A stretch of DNA of 64,000 nucleotides from Gammaproteobacteria bacterium (GTDB taxonomy: Bacteria; Pseudomonadota; Gammaproteobacteria; Eutrophobiales; Eutrophobiaceae). Under the pieces are notes generated by a model. The model was not told the origin of the DNA and searched no databases. It worked only from the letters and a program-made list of their open reading frames with translations. Numbering within the stretch: position 1 is the stretch's first letter; each line of letters starts with the position of its first letter. Both the position numbers and the translations under genes were made by a program. The stretch is from NCBI GenBank assembly GCA_030835405.1, contig JAURPG010000097.1, positions 8,479-72,478 on the forward strand. Reading direction: 5' to 3'. This document shows, piece by piece, positions 59,207 through 64,000 of the stretch.

Positions 59207-61615
59207 TTGGCTCAAGTATTCATGATAAAAAATTCATGCAAAATTATTTTTCTCGTTCTATTGTTGAATACGTTTAACGTTTCAGCCATAGAAGAGTTCG
59301 TTATTGAAGATATTCGCATTGCCGGTCTGCAGCGATTGACTCCAGGAACAATCTTCAATTACCTCCCCGTTGAGATTGGTGATGTATTTAATGATCAGAC
59401 TGCCTCCGAATCCCTTCGCGAATTATTCAGGACCGGTTTTTTTGATGATATCAGCATTGAAAAAGAAGGAAATATTCTCCTGATAACAGTTGATGAAAGA
59501 CCCACTATTGGCAGCCTTGAAATAGACGGGAACAAGGACATTACAACAGATAATCTCATGGAAGGTCTGGAAGAGGCCGGCTTTGTTGAAGGTCGGGTGT
59601 TTGATCGTTCACAGGTGGAAAAATTACAGATTGAACTTGAACGACAATATCATGCTAATGGTAAATATGGTGTGCGCATTACCTCTGAGGTTGAAGAACT
59701 GCCTAATAACCGGGTTGGTATCTCAGTGACGATATCAGAAGGTGATGCTGCAAAAATCAGAAGCATCAATATTGTTGGTAATACTGTCTATTCTGAAGAT
59801 GTATTACTTGATGAATTTGAGCTGGGGACTGGCGGAATCATGAACATGTTGACCAAGGGAGATCGCTATTCCAGGCAAAAACTTGGTGCAGACATCGAGA
59901 CACTCCAGTCTTACTATCAGGATAGGGGGTATATCAATTTTGATGTTGAATCCACCCAGGTCACCATTACCCCTGATAGAAAAGATATCTATATCACCAT
60001 TAACATAAGCGAAGGTGAGCAGTTCACGGTCTCAGGTGTAAAACTTGCGGGGGAATTTGTAATAAATGAACGCCAATTGTTCGGTATGGTTTCAGTCAAT
60101 GAAGGCAGTTTATTTTCAAGGGCACAAATGACCTCTACCAGTGAGCGTTTAACCAGCATTCTGGGATCAGTTGGTTATGCGTTTGCAAATGTCAATGCGG
60201 TACCTGATATTGATGAAGAAAATAACACCGTCGAGATAACTTTTTTTATAGACCCGGGTAAGCGTGTATATGTCAGGCGGATAAATTTTATAGGTAATGT
60301 TCGTACCCGGGACGAAGTTTTACGGCGTGAAATGCGACAACAGGAAGGGGGTTGGCTGTCAACACCCCTGGTAGAACGAGGCAAGATCAGGTTACAGCGG
60401 TTGGGTTTTTTCGGCGATGAAATCAATTCAGAAACACCTGCCGTTCCAGGTTCGGCCGACCAGGTGGATGTCGATTACACTGTCGAGGAACGGCCATTTG
60501 GTACCTTTACTGCAGGACTTGGATACTCTCAACTTGATGGTCTGATAATCTCAACCAGTATTTCGCAGAATAATGTGTTCGGAACAGGTAACAGGATTGC
60601 CTTTGCTTTTAACAATAGCAGTTTTAGCAGGAATTTTAGCCTGGGTTATTTTAATCCCTATTTCACAGATGACGGCATCAGTCGGGGTTATAATTTAAAT
60701 TATTCACAAACCAATGGTCGGGAGGCAAACCTGACGGCGTTTGATAGCCGTATCATTGGTGCAAGCATTAATTTTGGTTTTCCCATCTCGGAATTCAACG
60801 CCATCAGTACTTCCTTTGGTTATGAAAACAATAAATTGTCTGGAGACGGATTTTTTGCCAACCAGGTGCTGGATTTTATTCAACGAGAGGGTAATGAGTT
60901 TGACATTTTAAGGGTAAGTGTGGGGTATTCTTTTGATACCCGTAACAATACTATATTCCCCAGTCGAGGTATGTTTTACACTGTGGTTGGTGAGGTCGCA
61001 GTTCCTAACCCATTGAATTCTATTGAGTTTTATAAATTATCCTATCGTGGCCAGTACTTTCGGCCACTGGGTAGAGGATTTGTATTCGCGTTAAAGGGAG
61101 ACCTTGGTTATGGCAATGGATTTTTAGGTACAGACAGGTTGCCATTTTTCGAAAACTATTATGCTGGCGGCCCCCGATCGGTGCGTGGATACCAGCAAAA
61201 TACCCTCGGGCCGCTGGATAATTTCGGCAATCCCCTGGGCGGTAATATCAAGGTTGTGACTGGCGCAGAATTGATAATTCCGATACCATTTCTTGAACAA
61301 TTTGACCAATTTCAGTTTTCTGCCTTTGTTGATGCTGGTAATGTATACTGTACAGGCTCTGGTCTGACTGATATTGAAGAAGATCAGGTTATTGGGCCTA
61401 TTGGGTTGAATACCCCACAAAATATCGTTAATAATAGCCCTTTTTGCCGTGAGGCAGACAAATTTAACCTGGCAAATTTGAAGGGGTCAGCGGGGCTGGG
61501 CGCAGTATGGATTTCACCCCTGGGTGTGATGAGTTTTAGCTTGTCTACCCCGTTTAATAATACTGTGAGGGACCGTACGGAGCAGTTTCAGTTTAATATT
61601 GGGACAAGTTTTTAG
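59207..61615 (+). CDS. bamA: outer membrane protein assembly factor BamA
   Basis: 802 aa with a signal peptide, five POTRA-like repeats and a C-terminal Omp85 barrel ending '...IGTSF'. Confidence 0.95.
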   Translation: MAQVFMIKNSCKIIFLVLLLNTFNVSAIEEFVIEDIRIAGLQRLTPGTIFNYLPVEIGDVFNDQTASESLRELFRTGFFDDISIEKEGNILLITVDERPTIGSLEIDGNKDITTDNLMEGLEEAGFVEGRVFDRSQVEKLQIELERQYHANGKYGVRITSEVEELPNNRVGISVTISEGDAAKIRSINIVGNTVYSEDVLLDEFELGTGGIMNMLTKGDRYSRQKLGADIETLQSYYQDRGYINFDVESTQVTITPDRKDIYITINISEGEQFTVSGVKLAGEFVINERQLFGMVSVNEGSLFSRAQMTSTSERLTSILGSVGYAFANVNAVPDIDEENNTVEITFFIDPGKRVYVRRINFIGNVRTRDEVLRREMRQQEGGWLSTPLVERGKIRLQRLGFFGDEINSETPAVPGSADQVDVDYTVEERPFGTFTAGLGYSQLDGLIISTSISQNNVFGTGNRIAFAFNNSSFSRNFSLGYFNPYFTDDGISRGYNLNYSQTNGREANLTAFDSRIIGASINFGFPISEFNAISTSFGYENNKLSGDGFFANQVLDFIQREGNEFDILRVSVGYSFDTRNNTIFPSRGMFYTVVGEVAVPNPLNSIEFYKLSYRGQYFRPLGRGFVFALKGDLGYGNGFLGTDRLPFFENYYAGGPRSVRGYQQNTLGPLDNFGNPLGGNIKVVTGAELIIPIPFLEQFDQFQFSAFVDAGNVYCTGSGLTDIEEDQVIGPIGLNTPQNIVNNSPFCREADKFNLANLKGSAGLGAVWISPLGVMSFSLSTPFNNTVRDRTEQFQFNIGTSF

Positions 61616-61641
61616 TAATTTAAACAATTGGAGTTTAGAAC

Positions 61642-62169
61642 GTGAGAAGATTTAATCGATTAATCGTCATATCAACGATCATCAGCATATTCAGTGCTGT
61701 CACAACAGCGGTTCAGGCACAGGAGTACAAGATAGGTGTCGTGAATGCAGTACGAATTCTAGAGCAATCACCCCAAGCGCGTAAAACAACCGCATTAATT
61801 GAAAATGAATTTTCTCCGCGTAACAAGCAATTGGTAGAAGAGCAAAAAACTCTACAGACCATGGAAGAACGCCTCGCTAAAGACGCCGCAGTTATGAGTG
61901 AAAATGAACGTCGTAATCTTGAGCGTGACATTATCAATAAGCGCCGTGAATTAAAACGTGACGAAGATGAGTTTCGTGAAGATCTGACTTTCAGGCGGAA
62001 TGAAGAATTGGCAAAGATCCAGACTGAAATTGTCAATGCCATACAAATGGTGGCTCGTGACAATAATTTTGATCTGGTCATGAGTGAAGGTGTGATTTTT
62101 GCCAGTGCAAAAGTCGATATGACTGACATGGTCATTAAATATCTGTCAGATCAGGCGGCTGCCGAATAA
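61642..62169 (+). CDS. skp: periplasmic chaperone Skp (OmpH)
   Basis: 175 aa with a signal peptide and coiled-coil OmpH composition. It lies between bamA and lpxD. Confidence 0.85.
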   Translation: MRRFNRLIVISTIISIFSAVTTAVQAQEYKIGVVNAVRILEQSPQARKTTALIENEFSPRNKQLVEEQKTLQTMEERLAKDAAVMSENERRNLERDIINKRRELKRDEDEFREDLTFRRNEELAKIQTEIVNAIQMVARDNNFDLVMSEGVIFASAKVDMTDMVIKYLSDQAAAE

Positions 62170-62196
62170 GGCGAATGAAATACGCCATTACCAGTA

Positions 62197-63213
62197 ATGG
62201 AATACAGTCTTGGGGAAATTGCCAGGCTAATTAATGCAGAATTAATTGGCAATGCAGATGACCTCGTTAATGGTGTCGCTTCGCTCTCAACTGCCACAAA
62301 CCAGCAAGTAAGCTTTTTTGTAAATTCAAAGTTCCAATCACACCTGAAAAATACAGGAGCAGGCGCCGTTATCCTGTCTTATGATGATGTGGATATGTGT
62401 CCCGTGCATAGTCTGGTTTGCAAAGAACCTTATGTTGCATATGTGAAAGTCGCAAATTTATTAAATCCCTTACCAGAATATAAACCAGGTATACATCCAT
62501 CTGCGGTTGTAGATGGGTCCTCCTCAATTGCTGAGTCTGCCTGTATAGGCGCAAATACCTATATTGGCCCCGATGTTGAAATCAAGGACAATGTCTTTGT
62601 TGGACATGGTTGTATTATTGATAGTGGTTGTCTTATTGATGATAATTCCAGATTAATGGCTAATGTGAATTTGTATCATAAGGTGAAAATTGGGAAGCGT
62701 GTTGTAATACACTCCGGTGTAGTCATTGGATCGGATGGATTTGGACTGGTTAATGATGAGGGTCGTTGGCTGAAAATTCCCCAGTTAGGAACCGTGCAAA
62801 TAGGGAATGATGTAGAAATTGGTGCCAATACTGCGGTAGATCGAGGTGCATTGGACGATACCCGGATTGAAGATGGCGTAAAGATCGATAATCTGGTGCA
62901 GATTGGACATAATGTTATTATAGGTGAGAATACCGCTATCGCCGGAAGTGCGGTGATAGCAGGAAGTGTGGTCATTGGAAAGCGCTGTATGATTGGTGGT
63001 GCGAGCGCAATTGCCGGTCATCTCAAGATAGTCGATGATGTGATAATCACCGGGCTTTCTGGTGTCACAAATTCTATTAATAAGCCCGGAAAATACTCTG
63101 GCTCAATGACGACAACTGAGAACATGACCTGGCGAAAAAATATGGTCCGATTGCGTCATCTGGATGAATTGGCAAGAAAAATCAATGCATTGGAAGATAA
63201 GAATAAGGCCTAA
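62197..63213 (+). CDS. lpxD: UDP-3-O-(3-hydroxyacyl)glucosamine N-acyltransferase
   Basis: 338 aa with left-handed beta-helix hexapeptide repeats and the LpxD N-terminal domain. Confidence 0.95.
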   Translation: MEYSLGEIARLINAELIGNADDLVNGVASLSTATNQQVSFFVNSKFQSHLKNTGAGAVILSYDDVDMCPVHSLVCKEPYVAYVKVANLLNPLPEYKPGIHPSAVVDGSSSIAESACIGANTYIGPDVEIKDNVFVGHGCIIDSGCLIDDNSRLMANVNLYHKVKIGKRVVIHSGVVIGSDGFGLVNDEGRWLKIPQLGTVQIGNDVEIGANTAVDRGALDDTRIEDGVKIDNLVQIGHNVIIGENTAIAGSAVIAGSVVIGKRCMIGGASAIAGHLKIVDDVIITGLSGVTNSINKPGKYSGSMTTTENMTWRKNMVRLRHLDELARKINALEDKNKA

Positions 63214-63230
63214 ATGAACAGGGAAATAAC

Positions 63231-63686
63231 ATGACTGAATTAAGTACAAATAAAATAAAGAATTATCTGCCTCATCGTTATCCCTTTTTATTGTTAGACA
63301 GGGTGCTGGAGGTAAAACCAGGAGAATCAATCAAGGCCTTGAAAAATGTGACGGTGAATGAACCTTTTTTTCACGGGCATTTCCCCGAGCAGGCATTGAT
63401 GCCTGGGGTATTAATTATTGAGGCCATGGCCCAGGCAGCTGCGATACTTGGCGTCATTTCAGGTGCAGAATCCAGGGACGATTTGGATAATATTTTGTAT
63501 TACCTCGTTGGTATTGATAAAGCTCGGTTCAGAAAAACTGTTATTCCGGGAGACCAGTTAATCATCGAAGTTAAATTTATGACAGTGAAACGTAATATCT
63601 GGAAATTTTCTGCTACAGCCAGCGTTGATGACAAAATAGTTGCAAATACTGAATTATTAACGACTGTAGCGGAAGTAGAAGCTTGA
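63231..63686 (+). CDS. fabZ: 3-hydroxyacyl-ACP dehydratase FabZ
   Basis: 151 aa with '[13 protein letters not shown]' and '[23 protein letters not shown]'. Confidence 0.95.
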   Translation: MTELSTNKIKNYLPHRYPFLLLDRVLEVKPGESIKALKNVTVNEPFFHGHFPEQALMPGVLIIEAMAQAAAILGVISGAESRDDLDNILYYLVGIDKARFRKTVIPGDQLIIEVKFMTVKRNIWKFSATASVDDKIVANTELLTTVAEVEA

Positions 63687-64000
63687 TCCATAATACCGCG
63701 ATTATCCACCCAGATGCTGAAATTGATAACGATGTAGAAATAGGTCCCTACTCGGTAATTGGTAATAATGTCAAAATAGGGGCTGGTACCAGGATTGCAT
63801 CTCATGTCGTTATCAATGGCCCAACAAAAATAGGTGAAAATAATCAATTTTTTCAGTTTTCTTCAATAGGTGATGCCCCCCAGGACAAGAAGTACTCAGG
63901 GGATGAAGAATCTACTCTAATCATGGGTAACAACAATGTTATCCGTGAATCCTGTACGATTAACCGCGGGACTGAGGCTGGTGGTGGTGTGACACGGCTT
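63683..64000 (+). CDS. lpxA: acyl-ACP--UDP-N-acetylglucosamine O-acyltransferase LpxA (5' partial, runs off window)
   Basis: A TTG start overlaps the fabZ stop. The translation '[63 protein letters not shown]' is colinear with E. coli LpxA. Confidence 0.85.
   Translation, partial: MIHNTAIIHPDAEIDNDVEIGPYSVIGNNVKIGAGTRIASHVVINGPTKIGENNQFFQFSSIGDAPQDKKYSGDEESTLIMGNNNVIRESCTINRGTEAGGGVTRL

Noticed and set aside
1-64000. tRNA, rRNA, IS elements, integrases, prophage genes, CRISPR arrays
   Set aside because: I scanned the intergenic gaps (all under 400 bp) and the ORF translations. I saw no cloverleaf-like GC-rich 75-90-nt blocks, no transposase/integrase-like proteins and no spacer-repeat arrays.

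Overview
This is a 64-kb gammaproteobacterial chromosomal window of about 45% GC that is densely coded on both strands. It contains a conserved core, an accessory stretch at about 14-29.6 kb, and a lipid-metabolism block, laid out as follows.

- Conserved core: aminotransferase, MscS channel, the RimK trio, tamA-tamB and a cation:proton antiporter with regulator-of-K+-conductance (RCK) domains at the 5' end; fabB-fabA, ispG, acs, a class III PHA synthase phaE-phaC, dusA, mutH, glnD and map in the middle; then the classic rpsB-tsf-pyrH-frr-uppS-cdsA-dxr-rseP-bamA-skp-lpxD-fabZ-lpxA(partial) array.
- Accessory stretch (about 14-29.6 kb): an ABC-ATPase/FtsX-permease/HlyD-adaptor operon plus a DUF4159 gene immediately precedes a 580-aa secreted mosaic protein. 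That protein reads cyclophilin, two DUF11 repeats, an Asp/Pro/Asn linker, poly-Gly, then a conserved-looking C-terminal 'CFIATAAYGS...LRDFRD' module ending in a hydrophobic helix and a basic tail (RHTRKAR). I regard this pairing as the best candidate for an undescribed export or sorting system.
- Gene decay downstream of it: a 30-aa N-terminal remnant of an ornithine cyclodeaminase/mu-crystallin gene, a C-terminally truncated mini-MscS, a frameshifted NhaP2-type antiporter, an endostatin/DUF1554-like secreted lectin-fold protein, and two near-identical GC-rich hairpins with GGAGG-rich loops.
- Lipid block: a hopanoid-like set (HpnN-like MMPL transporter, PhyH dioxygenase, HpnG-like nucleosidase, eukaryotic-type squalene synthase, HpnL-like flippase) with no cyclase in the window.
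- Organism-specific signature: histone-H1-like Lys/Ala/Thr tails on PhaE and on ribosomal protein S2.
- I saw no tRNA, rRNA, CRISPR, transposase or integrase.

All family calls rest on reading the translated ORFs against remembered family signatures; no database search was run.
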